Source: the human T2T-CHM13v2.0 reference genome, Homo sapiens. From it: 64,000 nucleotides of DNA. The translations under genes were made by a program, and so were the position numbers. The notes under the pieces were generated by a model. It was not told where the DNA came from. It ran no database searches and saw only the letters and a program-made list of their open reading frames with translations. Where the stretch lies: assembly GCF_009914755.1 (NCBI RefSeq), contig NC_060927.1; one strand, written 5' to 3'. This document shows positions 51,638-64,000 of this stretch, piece after piece; within the stretch, counting starts at the first letter, position 1; the number at the start of each line of letters is the position of its first letter.

Positions 51638-52527
51638 ATTTATTGTACATTTGAGACATTAAGAAGGCAGTACAGTGAAACCAAAGGTGTTCCAGGGAGA
51701 AATGTGACAGAAAGCTCTAAATGAGAATTACAGAAACTATTCCTTCTTAAATAAAACTGTTGTTTAGATGATGAATTCTATAGGAAGTCTGAATTAACTG
51801 TCTCTGTTGTAGCATCTAGATGTTTTCTCTTTCATTAAGACTTTGGAGTTTGAATGTACTTTGTTAAAAAAAAAAAAAAAGAAGAAGAAAGAGAAAAAAA
51901 GAAAAAAAAAAAGCATTAGAGCTTTATATAGCTCCCAAAGTAAAAAGCAAGAGAAAGATGGGTTTATATAACTGGCTTTTTTACATAAATATTACATCAG
52001 GATACATTTCAAGTGAAAACACACAAACACACACACACCCGTCTTCCTTATACTCTTTCTATTTTAAAATTCATTTCATACTTTAAATGTTGTTGGTTTT
52101 TCACAAAATAAGTAAAAACGAAGTCAAAACATCTCAAAATAAGTTGCCTTATATTACCTGGAAAATTAACCCATCATACAGGTCACGATGTCTCATTTAA
52201 AGCCAGTTAAGGTGCTGACAATTATGGGACATTTTGCTGCAGCCTAGGGCAACTAGAAAGGGCCATGGATGTTAACTAACTCCCTTTTAAACAGTCTGAG
52301 AAAAGGGAAAAAAAACTGTAAGTTTCCCCATCTGTTATTTCCTTTTTTTTTTCTTTTTGGCTGTGGAAAAGTAAAATTATGCAAGAGCTTTTGAATGTAA
52401 AGGCTGTGTGTGCTTTTTCCCTTTTTGTCTCTGTGTACCGGTTAAGTGATGTTGCGTAACTGAGTACAGAGTAGGCGGTTAGCGTTTACTATTGATTTAC
52501 ACTATGCCATCTAATGAATTCAGAACA

Positions 52528-52620
52528 CTAAAAAGAAAGGAGCAGGAGAGGGAGGGAGGAAAAAGAGAAAGGGAGAAATAGGGAGAGGAAAAAATAGGAA
52601 TGAAGGAGAGGAAGAAAGAG
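52528..52620. repeat. ~90-bp nearly pure polypurine tract
   Basis: Read directly (aaaagaaaggagcaggagagggagggagg...). Confidence 0.85.
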
Positions 52621-53649
52621 CTTATTCAGAGAAACAGTTCTAATGACTGGAATAGGTTCATTTTTATTCCTATAGCTCTGACTTTTGGTTATTGTTCAGC
52701 TCTCACAAAAAAATGGTCTTGAGCTGGTGACCCCAATATTCCAATCCTATTTCTAATAAGGATTACTGGCAGGTGAATGCCTGAAAGTTCTAATGTGTCA
52801 AATTACTTGAAACCAATTTCACTATACTGTCAGACTCCTCCATATGCATCTATTTATGATTCTCTCTATGCATTTGTGAATCTGTATCTGTGATCACCAT
52901 GGATTTGGTCCTACTGGCTTACCCAATCAAAAATATTATTTGAAATATATCACGGGAATGTCATCAGGGTAAAGAGAAATACATTCTATTTTACCCATCT
53001 CCTTTAAAAATACATAAAGAACACATTTAGAACTTTAAATATATCACTATTTTACTTTGAAAACAGACATGCTACAAATTGTTTGGCTGAACAAAACAGC
53101 CCAATATAGGATAATAAAAGAGAAATAGGCAAAATGAGGAAGAACGCTAAATTGAGGAACAATATTCATAAAGAAATTTAAATAATTTCTTATGTCTATG
53201 GAGAGCCTTTTACTTTTGTTTGGGTGGAATGCCTGTAGCATTCTCAGTCTTTGAATGCTGCTCAGTGCTTCCCATGCCATATAATGAATTCCCAAAGCTT
53301 GGACCAGAAAGAAAGGGTGAAGTTGTTTCTGCTGCTAGGTACAGGTCCTTCCTGTACCTGAGTGCCCTCCTATGGCTGAGAACAACCACTAAGGTGAGAA
53401 AGAGAAAGAGAAGTTCTCTTTAGTAATCAGCTGAAAAGCTGGGCAGGGAACTTGATTTCTCCCTCAATGTGTGTTTGCAAATGATGACTGGGAAAAATCA
53501 CAGGAGGTTATCCAAAGGAAAGAACAAGAGTTGGGGTTTCTAGTCATCCAGTTGTCTTCTCTTTTCAGCCATCTGAGCTTAGAAAATATTAAACAGATGC
53601 GTACTCTGTCCACTTGTCAAAGATGCTTTAATGACCCATGGTGGTATGC

Positions 53650-53730
53650 ACACAGTTGTATACCTAGCACTTGCCATGGTGCTTGGCACATTTTCTATAC
53701 TCAGCAAATATTTATTGAAACTGAAAAATG
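53650..53730 (+). mobile_element. L2 3' end
   Basis: gtatacctagcacttgccatggtgcttggcaca...ctcagcaaatatttattgaa. Confidence 0.7.
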
Positions 53731-56289
53731 ATGATGGGAGAAATATCTCTGTAGAAAGAATGCACTAGAAAGGCCTGAAAAAATATATTCCGATGTTTTA
53801 CAAGAAATCTTAGGCTATATTGCTCTATCATTAATCTGCACACAAAATAATACTGTAAGAGAAATATCAGGCAGTTATTTAGGGGTCAGTTGACTTCAGT
53901 TCCATTTTATTAGGAAAAAGCTTAACAAAAATTATAATACTGATAACATCAGCAAAGTTTTGTGTTCATTTCCACCAGCCCTTTTGGGCTGTCTTTCATT
54001 TCAGTCTTGGGCACAGAAAAGTCTATTTTAATTTCCATGGACACATTCTAAAGAAAAAGTCATGGGATATCAACGTAATTCATCTTTTAAAAAATACTGA
54101 GACAAATGTAGCCATTTAGTAATGGAAGAGAATATGGCTTTTTGTTGAAGGGCAAGGCAGGTGGAGTTTTGATTAGGTTACACAAATTTAAATTACTAGA
54201 AGGACACCAAGAATGTACTGATTTCCATTTTCTTGGTTAAACAGTTTTTTTTTGGAAAAAAAAAATTCTGGTTTAGAAAGTCAGAAATGCCATCTTTCAG
54301 TTAATTGGAGAATAAGACCTTTAGAAAAAGAATTGCAACTACAATTTCTCAAAAATTCCAGCGAAGATTCAACTTAAAGCATGTTTAGCAATAGTAGCCA
54401 TATTCTTTTAAAAAATGGGGCTACCATCTTGTTAATTCTGTAGGACTGAGCATGTAGATATTAGTCAAAACCTTCAAAAAGTTTTTTATTTCTCTCTCTT
54501 GGTCATCTATTTAATGTAATCGGATTCAGCAACTTCCTTCAATAAGCATTCTGGCAATATGTCAACAAGATCATTCATTTCATGATTCTTAAAAGTGGAT
54601 GAGAACTTACCTGTTCTTCTTCATTTTATATATGAAGATTCTGAGACTCAGAATTAATTTTCTCAAAAGCATATATTTTGAGGCAGAGCTGGGACTAGTA
54701 TCTAAAGCTCACAGTTCATTTTTTTCACAGCACAGACTAAATCAAAGTTGTATAAATTCAATCTTATTTTAAATGCCATAGGGGAAGATTTCAAAGGATT
54801 CTTTTATAAGACAAGGAATTCTTACATTATGTAAAATGTTCACCTCAAAGCTATCTTATACTTTTTTTTATCTTAAATGTGAGCCTACTGTTCAAATTGT
54901 TGCTTCTCCTTTTCCTTGTCTTAATTTTTGACTCTTTAGAGTCTTTGCCTCCTGTCCTCTCACTTGTACTCTGTGTCTAGTTCATATATGGCCCTTCCTG
55001 ACTTCATATTCTTCCTTCTCTCTCTCTTTTCATCTTTTTATCAAACTTTTATTTATTCTTGTTCCTCACAGAAATAATTTCCTTGTTAATGTGATATCCT
55101 CAGAAACTACAAAGGAAGAAAAAGTGTAAATTTAGTATTATTATAATAAATAGGCCTTTGGTTTATATTTAAAACAAAACTGCAATAAGATATTGACAAA
55201 CAGAGTAAACTACAGCTATAGGCTTCCCTATAGAAAGTTACAGCTGTCTAGACCTCCATATTATCAATATGAAAACTTGGGGGCTAGCATTTCAAAGTAT
55301 CTCATCAAAGACAGAGAGCAAAGGCTCATGATCTCCAGACCACTCATTTTCCACTACATCAGGACACCTTTCGTTTCCCTTTTCTTTCTTTCCATTCTAC
55401 ATTATTGATATTTGAGACTGATTACGGCACAGCAGGAGGAGATTCAGAGAAATCTCCTTGGCTTAATGTGGTCAAACTCTCTCAATTCCAAAAAAAGTCA
55501 GAAAGACCTGCACACTAAAATTGTAGTTACACAGAAAAAGAACTCTGAGGAGGTTAAAAGAGTCCTCTGACATGAGAAAGTAGTCTCTGGATAGCAGGGA
55601 CATTGCTGCCAAAATCATTGTAATTAAGATTGGGTCATTGTTTCCATTATAAACCTTATGCTTATGGGGTTTGTAATTCAGTTAAAATGATCAGCTGTAG
55701 GCTGAAATGCAGCCCCAAGTATCTTAGAGTGGGAGGTGTTTCTCCCCTCCTATTTCTTAAAAAAGAAAACACATAGCAACTATTTAATAATTTCAATGAG
55801 AGTTGTATTCTGACCCTTCCCCTACAAAGGGTAGTTAATCAATGAGCTTAATCTAGAGTGAGCCAAGGTGAGCAACATCCACTGTGGAATGAAGCACATT
55901 AACTTGGCATATGAATGGGCAATAAAAGGATTTCCTATTATTTCATAAGGTTTAATGTACATCACTCCATTCCACTGTATTGATGTGAATAGGCTTTCAG
56001 CAACACCGTGTTGAAAAATCTCCCACTTCTGTTTGTTAACTCATTATTGTAGGAAACATTACAATTATAGGAGACAGGAATTTCTGATGGTTTCCTTAGA
56101 TTTCTTTCCTCATAAGCTCATTCCCAGGGTCAGTATTAGATAATCAATAATTTCTAAAATTTCTTGCTCCTATTTCTTTAGCATTGTCTACAATATCTGA
56201 TACCTATAGTGTAATGCTATGTGCCACCATGATGTAGAGGGATTGGGGAGGAAATCATAGCTATATATTAAAATTAACAGGCCAGAGGA

Positions 56290-56510
56290 AACTGGTATTT
56301 ACTGAGTACATACTACATGACATATATTCCATTAATATTATTTCATTTAATACAAACCTGCAGTGAAGTAGCTGTGGCCCATGTTTTATAGATTAGCAAC
56401 ATAGTTAAAGAGCTGTTAGCTAACCTGCGTAAGGAAACAGAGCTAATTTAAAAAGTTGCGAAGTGAGGTTTGAATCAAGATCTGTTTGACTCCCAGGCCC
56501 ATATGTACTG
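56290..56510 (-). mobile_element. MIR (approximate)
   Basis: tatttactgagtacatacta...cccatgttttatagat...ggtttgaatcaagatctgtttgactcc. Confidence 0.7.
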
Positions 56511-56858
56511 CAATGCAATGCAACACCAGGAACAGAATATGAAACCATCTAACTGAAAAAAAAAAGTCTCCATGCCAATGATGAGAGCTACCTCATGCTC
56601 CAAGTAGGAGGTAGAAAGGGTAAATGACTCCTAAAAAGAGATTCTTGCTTTGCTCTTGGCTCTGATAAATCCCTGTTTATTCATATGCAAATATCCAAAT
56701 GCATATTTGGAAAATGTTTTGTCTTAGATAAGAAAATGCACAATCTCCTAGAAACCTTTAAATGAGACCAGACATTTGAATGTTTACAAAAATTCCTTTG
56801 AAGATTTATATTAGGAGAAAGTTTTAAAACATAATGCATAAAAAAAAATCAGATGATT

Positions 56859-57165
56859 GGCTAGGCATGGTGACTATCGTCACCATGGGAGTCGCTTTGG
56901 GAGGCTGAGGTGGGTGCATGGCTTGAGCCCAGGAGTTTGAGACCAGCCTAGACAACATGGTGGAACCCCATCTCTACAAAACACAGTGAAAAAAAAATTA
57001 GCAGGCATGGTGGCACGTGCCTATAGTCCCAGCTACTCTGGAGGCTGAGGCTGAGGCTGAGGATTGATTGAGCCCAGGAGACCGAGGCTGCAGTGAGCCA
57101 TGATCGTGCTACTGCACTCCAGTCTGAGCGAGAGAACGAGACCCTGTCTCAAACCCTCCACCCCC
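56859..57165 (+). mobile_element. AluJ-type SINE with rearranged 5' end and C-rich tail
   Basis: gcttgagcccaggag and gagaccctgtctc are J diagnostics. 15-bp TSD aaaaatcagatgatt at 56844-56858 and 57166-57180. Confidence 0.92.
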
Positions 57166-57468
57166 AAAAATCAGATGATTAATACAACATTAACATTTCA
57201 ATCTGGATGTGTGTGTTTGTGTGTGTGTGTCTATGTGCATATAAACCTATAAATATACACATACACAGATGAATTTTTTTGTCTTTGTCAAAATTTCTGG
57301 TAATTATTATAAAGTATTTGACAAAAGCTAAACAGTAAATATGTTACACCAGGAGAAAAGGAAACAAAGAACAAGAAAAGAGGAGTATGTGTATGTACAT
57401 ACTTCCCTCAGAAATCTAATCCTAAAACATTTTTTAAGCTAAATGGGACATAGTGCTTTAGTCTAAAT

Positions 57469-57493
57469 TGTGTGTGTGTGTGTGTGTGTGTGT
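57469..57493. repeat. (TG)n microsatellite
   Basis: Read directly; further TG tracts at ~57207-57230 and ~57797-57835. Confidence 0.92.
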
Positions 57494-59509
57494 ATGTAAA
57501 GATAAAGGACTTTTACTATGTTATTTTGGCAAGTGATTATTTTTCTAAAATCTTTGCTGAATCGTTTTATGTAGATATACTATAATACTCTTGAATAAAT
57601 AAATACTTGTTCAAGTTAACCTTAGAGCTCATCAGGTAAATAACAGAATTTAAAAAAGAATCTGTAGTCTGAAACACTGTAGAGTATGCCAACTTTACAC
57701 ATTACATTAAGTATTCGTTCAAAATAATTTATAAATTGAAAAGTATACTCCATTTTATTCAAACAATGCAATTTTTTAAATGAATCTTACACAAATTTGT
57801 GTGTGTGTGTGTGTGTTAGAGAGAGTGTGTGTGTGATCCTCAAGACCACTGAGTCATTCTTTAAAAATATTTTAAAATCATAATTTGGTGAAGAACTTAA
57901 CAACAAAGTAACTGAAGCCAGATTTGAGAGAAGAAGAATGAACAGTTCTTCAGGAAGCACCAATTCATTCCTTAACATTCAATAAGTCTTTATTGCTTCG
58001 CCCTTCCCTCCTTTTTTTCCTCTAGTCTAAACTCTGATTTGGAGCAGAAGTTAGGAGGAACACGTATTCTGGTCCCTCTTCTCTCATCCCTGTAAGGAAA
58101 AGCAATGGTAGACTAATGACAGAAAAAGCAATTGCAACAACTTTGGCAGTTTTGTGGTACTGGGAAAAAGCAGGCTTTGTATTTGTACATTTCAAGGAAT
58201 TTCTTCAAATTTTAGCTTCTTTGAATGTTCCTACAACAAGCTGAAGGGGAGATAAGATCTGCTAGGGAAATAGATGAGGTTTAGAGAGGGAAAATGGAGG
58301 GACTACTTTTTTTTTTATTCAAATAGCATTCAAACACATGAGCAAGATATAACTTGCAACATTAAAAAGTAAATTAGCTAGCTAAAAATAACTCACAATA
58401 CCCTTCTCACTAAAACAAAATAAAATAAAGCAAAAACTCACAACCAATTATTTTGACTGGTAAAAACAGACAGTGATATGAAAGTAACAGATGGAAGCCC
58501 AGTTTTACTCACACAACACACTCACTAAAGACAATTGCAAGTGTCCCCATGACAATAACTTAACAATGGTCACTTTAGCCTGAGATATCTCCTTTAGGTG
58601 AGTTTCCTTAAAGACTTCAGAGGGGCTTGTAGAAAATACTGTAGAACGAAACCAACTCATTTGTCTATATGTAGAAATAGGCAAGAGTTGCAAATCACAG
58701 CCTGTGGACGAAAGGGATCCAGGTGTCACATTTGCCAAATCTTTTTGCAAGACTGGAATAGATATTCTTTTCTTATTTATTTTTTGTTGTATGGCAGTAT
58801 TTTTAGGAGTGGTGACATTTCTGTACTTTTAAAAACACAACACTACACAGCACCTAAAAACTTTCCTAAATCAAATAATTAACAGTAATAAATCTTCCTG
58901 CTAATTTCTCCTCAAAGTTGAAAGAAAGGTTATTTTCTTACCTCACACTGAGCCTTCTGATATGACAGTGTCATTCAGTCAATAATTTCAATGTCAGTTA
59001 CTGATTTCTAACTCTTTTATTACAAAGACTTCAAGCAATAATGAAATGGTGCTGATCTGCTTGCTTTCACTCTATATAACGTCTATATTTATATGCTTAT
59101 GCTTCTATTTGGATCTATATTTATCTGCTTTATCTGCCTACAGTGCATCTGTTTCTCATACACACAGACATATATTTATATATATACACACATACTGTAT
59201 ATATATATATAGGTTATATATAAACACACATACCCACAAAAATGTATGAATGTATGCTAGTGAGCTTACTTCAACAACCATGCAGGTGCATAAATATTCA
59301 GGCACATGACAAATATACAAAGAACATAAATGAACATGTAAACATAGTTACACAGGAAAAAGAATATCTTAACAACAGCCCTGTCTGCCATACTTGGCTG
59401 TTGGCCTTTGAGACTTATACACTGTTGAATGATATGTCATAGACTACTCTGAGAAGCAGAAAAATCTTCTGAAGGCAAAAGTATATGACTAAATCAAGAT
59501 AATGAATTC

Positions 59510-59650
59510 TAACTCTCTCATTTTCGCAATGAGGAGTCTGAGATACTAAGGTGAACAGCAAAGATTTTACAGCTTTCTGGAGGCAGAGCTGGAAGTTTTA
59601 CCCAAGTCTCTGCCTGCTAGACAAATGCTCTTTCTACTACTATGCTGAAT
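59510..59650 (-). mobile_element. MIR fragment (approximate)
   Basis: ctcattttcgcaatgaggagtctgagatac...ggcagagctggaag...atgctctttctactactatgctg. Confidence 0.65.
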
Positions 59651-59744
59651 TGAAAGGATGAAAACAATTTTTTCAAACCCAATATCATTATTTTCTAATT
59701 GCCACTCTTTCCCATTTTTCCCTTTTCTTGCTGTGTGAAATGTA

Positions 59745-59960
59745 AACAAACAACATTCACTCAGGGTCAGGCACTGTTCTAAATATTCTATATGTACTAT
59801 ACCATTTAATCTGTAAAATATCTCTATATAGTAGGTATTATTATTCAAAATCTTAGTTTAGTGAATTAAATAACTCACTCAAAGCTACACAGCTAGTAAG
59901 GAAAAGGGCTGAGCTCCCATAATACTCAAGACCCATGTTTTTCTCACTTAACTATGATGC
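59745..59960 (-). mobile_element. MIR
   Basis: tcaggcactgttctaaatattc...catttaatc...gtaggtattattatt...acacagctagtaag. Confidence 0.75.
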
Positions 59961-60907
59961 CTTCCCTAATACATATTTGTATATAATACTAACCCTTCCC
60001 TCACCACCACAGCCTGATAGTCTTAGAAATCTAATATTTGATCTGTTTCAGAACACATAACAAGTTTAAAGGTTCTCTCAGCCTGAGGAAAAAAAATAAA
60101 GGGAAGTAGAGCAGGTATAAGTTACATCCCTAGTATGCAGCACATGCCCTATACTAGAGAACTGAAATATGCAAAATTCCCCCCCAAAATTACTCCAATG
60201 ATAGTGTGATGTGATTTAAAGCCTTAATAACTTCCAGTCTATGAACATTTTATGTCTTTTGCAAAGGATTATGGCAAACTGATAATATAGAATCAGATTG
60301 GAAATAAGACCACAAGAAGGCAAAGGGAAAATAGCAAAAGGAAGAAAGACCCACACCCACTTCTTCTTCCTCTCTTGGCACAACACTTCCAAAAACAAAC
60401 ACCCATTAAAAACAACAAACCCAGTATCAAAATTTGGTATTTTTTTCCCCACTCAAGTGTTAGAGACAAATTCAGAAAAGAAACTAAGTCTACGTATGGT
60501 AGGTAGTTTTATACAAATCTCTTCAGATAGTAACCAGTTGTGAGCCATCCGAACACGGAGGAATTTTACACTTTGGCCAGCTAACCCAGAACCCAGCACT
60601 GGGAGATGTCATGTGGATTTGTGAAACTCCCTGGGGCATACTGCATCCATAAGCCAAAGAACAGAAATTATACTGATCCATACATGCAGCTCTTCATCTG
60701 TGCCATATTGATAATTACTCTTCATTTGTGAATTAAATCCTAGTTATAAAAACAACTTTCAGACATTTGTCACAAATGGCACATTTTACTTAACTCTTTC
60801 ATAACACCATCTAGCCACGGTCTATAGGAAATGGGAGCTACCATACTCCCATATAGGTCATGATATTATAGGAAGAATATGATGTAGAGAAAGAGAGAGA
60901 GAGAGAG

Positions 60908-61112
60908 AGACAGACTTGAGTCTGAATCCCAGGTTTTCCATTTATTAACAATAAAGCTGTAGGCACATCACTTAAATGATTCTGAAACCTCATTTTCATC
61001 ACCTGTGGAATAAAGAATAAAACCACCTATTTTGCAGGAACGTTGTGAAGATTAGAGACATCCCAGCACAAAGACCCCCTCATAAAAGGGGGCATTAAAT
61101 ATTAATTATTGT
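60908..61112 (+). mobile_element. MIR
   Basis: cagacttgagtctgaatcccag...cacttaaatgattctgaacctcattttcatcacctgt...gttgtgaagattaga. Confidence 0.8.
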
Positions 61113-63169
61113 ATATTTAAGAAGGCTATTTGTGTGTGACTTTCTCTTGTATTAATGATACATAAATCTGCTGGGAGTAACAGAAGATGTGAGGTACTTT
61201 TTATGCTTTTTTAATCAAAGACAAACTTTTTGGTGATCACATGTGTTCCATGTAAAAGTGGAAATAAAAGCATATCACAGTGTAACATTTTCAGTGGACG
61301 ATTTTAAAGCACTTAATAACCCTTGACTTTTTGTGATTGCTGGCACTCTCATTTAACAGTTGGGCAAAATGGGGTTCAGAGATACATCCTCCAAATCAGT
61401 AATAATAATAAAGAAATCACCAGCAGGGGTTAGTAGAAAGTCTGTTTTTAACATCTAAATCCCACAGTGTCCAGCTAAGGAATAACTGCTGCAAGGTCAC
61501 AGATACAAAAGGCCACACTTTCCCCAAAGCTCTTTGAGATTATTCACTGAGGCCAAAACATTAGGTAATGCTGTGTACATCTGCTGAGATAACAAGGGTG
61601 AGTCAGGGTTAGGTCACGGTTTCAGGTTAGAGGGGTGGGGTGAAGAGTGGCTTTCAGATCAAATGACGAGAGTAGTTTAATTTAAGCAAAGAACAAACCA
61701 TACAGTATTTTAAGTAAGAGGGGAAAAAAAGGGGGTGCAACTACAGCCAAGAGAAGGTGGGTGGGAATATAGACCCTGTGGGGGTCAAATGGGTAACTGT
61801 GGCTCAAAGAGGAAACCCACCCACATTCACACACACTGAAAAGCGAACAAAAAGCCCAGGGTGCAGCATAAATCCTGCTATCCCAATAACACACACAGAT
61901 GTTCCACCATTGTTTTCTTTTATGCACATTTTAATTAAGAGATCAGAATCAAGCATTAAAATGTTATTAAATGGCTTGTTTACATTTTTGCTATATGTCA
62001 TTTATAATGCATTTTCTAAATGTGTGTATATCTATTCGGAAGGACTATTTGGAATTTTTACATCAGTGCTACAATTGTCCCACTAACTCACAGTCATTTT
62101 TGCTAACCAAATATGTGTCAGAAATCCTTTTCAGTTTAAGCAACTGGACAGGAGCTCTCACTCTTTAATTCTCAGTCAAGCAATTCCCTACCCCCAATCA
62201 CACCTCCTTTAAGCATGACAAAGTCCACCACAGTACTTCAAGACAATAGGAAGGCCCAGGTACACTGGCAACCTTTCTGATTTTTCACAAGAGTCCCAGT
62301 TTCAAATATTCTCCCATTGTGCTCACAAGAAAATAGTCTTCATATACATGCCCGACCCTTTCCCTAGAACAGTTTTGAAAATGTCGGGAACTCAAAGCTA
62401 CCACATGAAGGACCCTGACCTATGAGTGTCCCCTGGAGGGGACACAGTGGAAGAAGCGGGAACTAGTAGATTTTTTTTTCCTCCCCACAATCCATCTTCT
62501 ATTTGCAGTCTACAACTTATCCCTATTTGCCTGGGCAGGAATTTGAGTTCTCTATATTATTCTGGAGTTAAAACAGGTATGCCTTTCCCGTCTCTCAGAT
62601 TCCACAGATATCATGACTGATGCACACAATCCACCTGCATATGTGGATCACAAGTATCCTGTAGTCTGCTGGCACCATATAACTTAATTACTTTTAACCA
62701 CAGGGCATTGTCCTAGAAGCCCACTATTTATATTGTACCTTATCAATCATGGTACTTGGAATTGCAAAGTCTCAGAAAGCAGGAATCATATCTCCTCCAC
62801 GTTCAGTTCAATGCCTAATGCATTGTGAGTGTTCAGTTAGGACAAGCAAGAGAGGTAAGGTTTTTTCTTTCTTTTTGTTATTTGTTTGTTATCCAGGATA
62901 AGCAGAATGCTTGTACAGAACATGCATAAGAAAGAAACGCAATCTAATCTCACTGTCAATTTATATTCTGTAAACTGTCTCATTTGCAGCATAAATGACT
63001 ACAAAAATGTTTTCGTTACTCTAAGTGTTAACCTTAAGGTAAGAGTTAAATTAAGTCTGCTATAACTGGTGGACCAGAAAGGACTCAGAGAAAAGCAACA
63101 GCATGGCTTTGAATCAAATCACTTTTGGAAGAAAACTTTAAGATGTTACCACCGAAAAAATAAAACTGG

Positions 63170-63730
63170 CAAAATGCTCTGGAGGGCATCTTAGCAATAT
63201 GCATCAAAAATTTAAAAAATATATGAAGACTGTTGACCCAGAAATCTCACCTCTAGGAATGTATCTAAAGGAATTACTCAAAGATCTACACAAAGATTTA
63301 GAAGCAAGAATGTTTACCATGGCATTATTTATAATTGTGAAAGACTGGTAACCTTGTCTGACAATAGAGAGTTGATTAAATAAATGACAGTACATTCCTA
63401 GACTTAAATACTATGCAGTTTAAGAAATCATATTTTAGATACCACTTAATTACATGAAGAAATGTTTTTGGAATACTGTTAAGTGAAAAGGCATATAACC
63501 AACAATATATGTACAGGAAAATATATTGTTTAAGTAAATATTGCTAAGTTAAATATTGTTAACTTAAATATTGTTTAAGAAGTGATAGTTGTGTACACAC
63601 AAAGTGCAAAAAGACCAGAAAACACTAGAAGTGCTTGTTTCTGGGTAGAGAAATTATAAATAATTTTTGTTTATTTGAACTTTTCCATAATAAAAGCACA
63701 TTTATTTCATAGTAAAATATTACTTAAAAT
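63170..63730 (+). mobile_element. Ancient L1ME-type 3' region
   Basis: tggagggcatcttagcaata...tgacccagaaatctcacctctaggaatgtatc...atgtttaccatggcattatttataat...actatgcagtt. Confidence 0.8.
63523..63579. repeat. ~15-bp unit tandem repeat x4 (aaatattgttaagtt-like)
   Basis: atattgtttaagt aaatattgctaagtt aaatattgttaactt aaatattgtttaag. Confidence 0.85.
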
Positions 63731-64000
63731 ATTCATCTATACCAACCTTCCTTCTCTAAAGGCCTAAAAGTGACCCTCTGTAGGCACTCTTTTGTCTCTA
63801 GAAGTCTTCCTTCTCCTGTTTTTATAGATGTATGTGTTGCATTCTAAAATCTTAAGTATTTGGGACTATGTAGTTATAAAAGATACCCTACCAATTAAAC
63901 AAATAAAAAATCTTATTAAATCTGTGGTTTTAATCTTAGGTTCCTGCTTAGAAAAAATACCAATTTCTCTTTAAGTCCTATATTTTGCTTTCAATTCAGC

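Noticed and set aside
54244-54264. T-run-GG-A-run hairpin
   Set aside because: Homopolymer low complexity; not a terminator in this context.

Overview
AT-rich, CpG-depleted primate genomic DNA, most likely human because it carries an AluYb8/Yb9-type insertion. It reads as deep intron or gene desert. I see no recognisable host coding exon, CpG island, tRNA, rRNA or miRNA, and I cannot name the locus. The only credible protein-coding remnants are LINE-1 ORF1/ORF2 fragments; the other ORFs are Alu-derived or low-complexity noise. Identifiable content: 7 Alus; an ancient ~5.9-kb L1M relic; a young L1PA2-like insertion with a twin-primed 5' inversion and an unusually large internal gap; an L1PA7-like 3' end; older L1 3' ends; DNA-transposon fossils (Tigger3a, MER85, MER20, MER53, MER1B, MER5); and many MIR/L2 fragments. 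The leads most worth checking are four minus-strand exon-like segments with good splice signals (possibly a lncRNA or 5'UTR), several fold-back or template-switch scars, an intact MER85 CSB-PGBD3 palindrome, and a few compact TF-motif clusters. I cannot support a claim of a new biological system from sequence alone. Subfamily calls come from remembered consensus sequences, and boundaries of old repeats are approximate.
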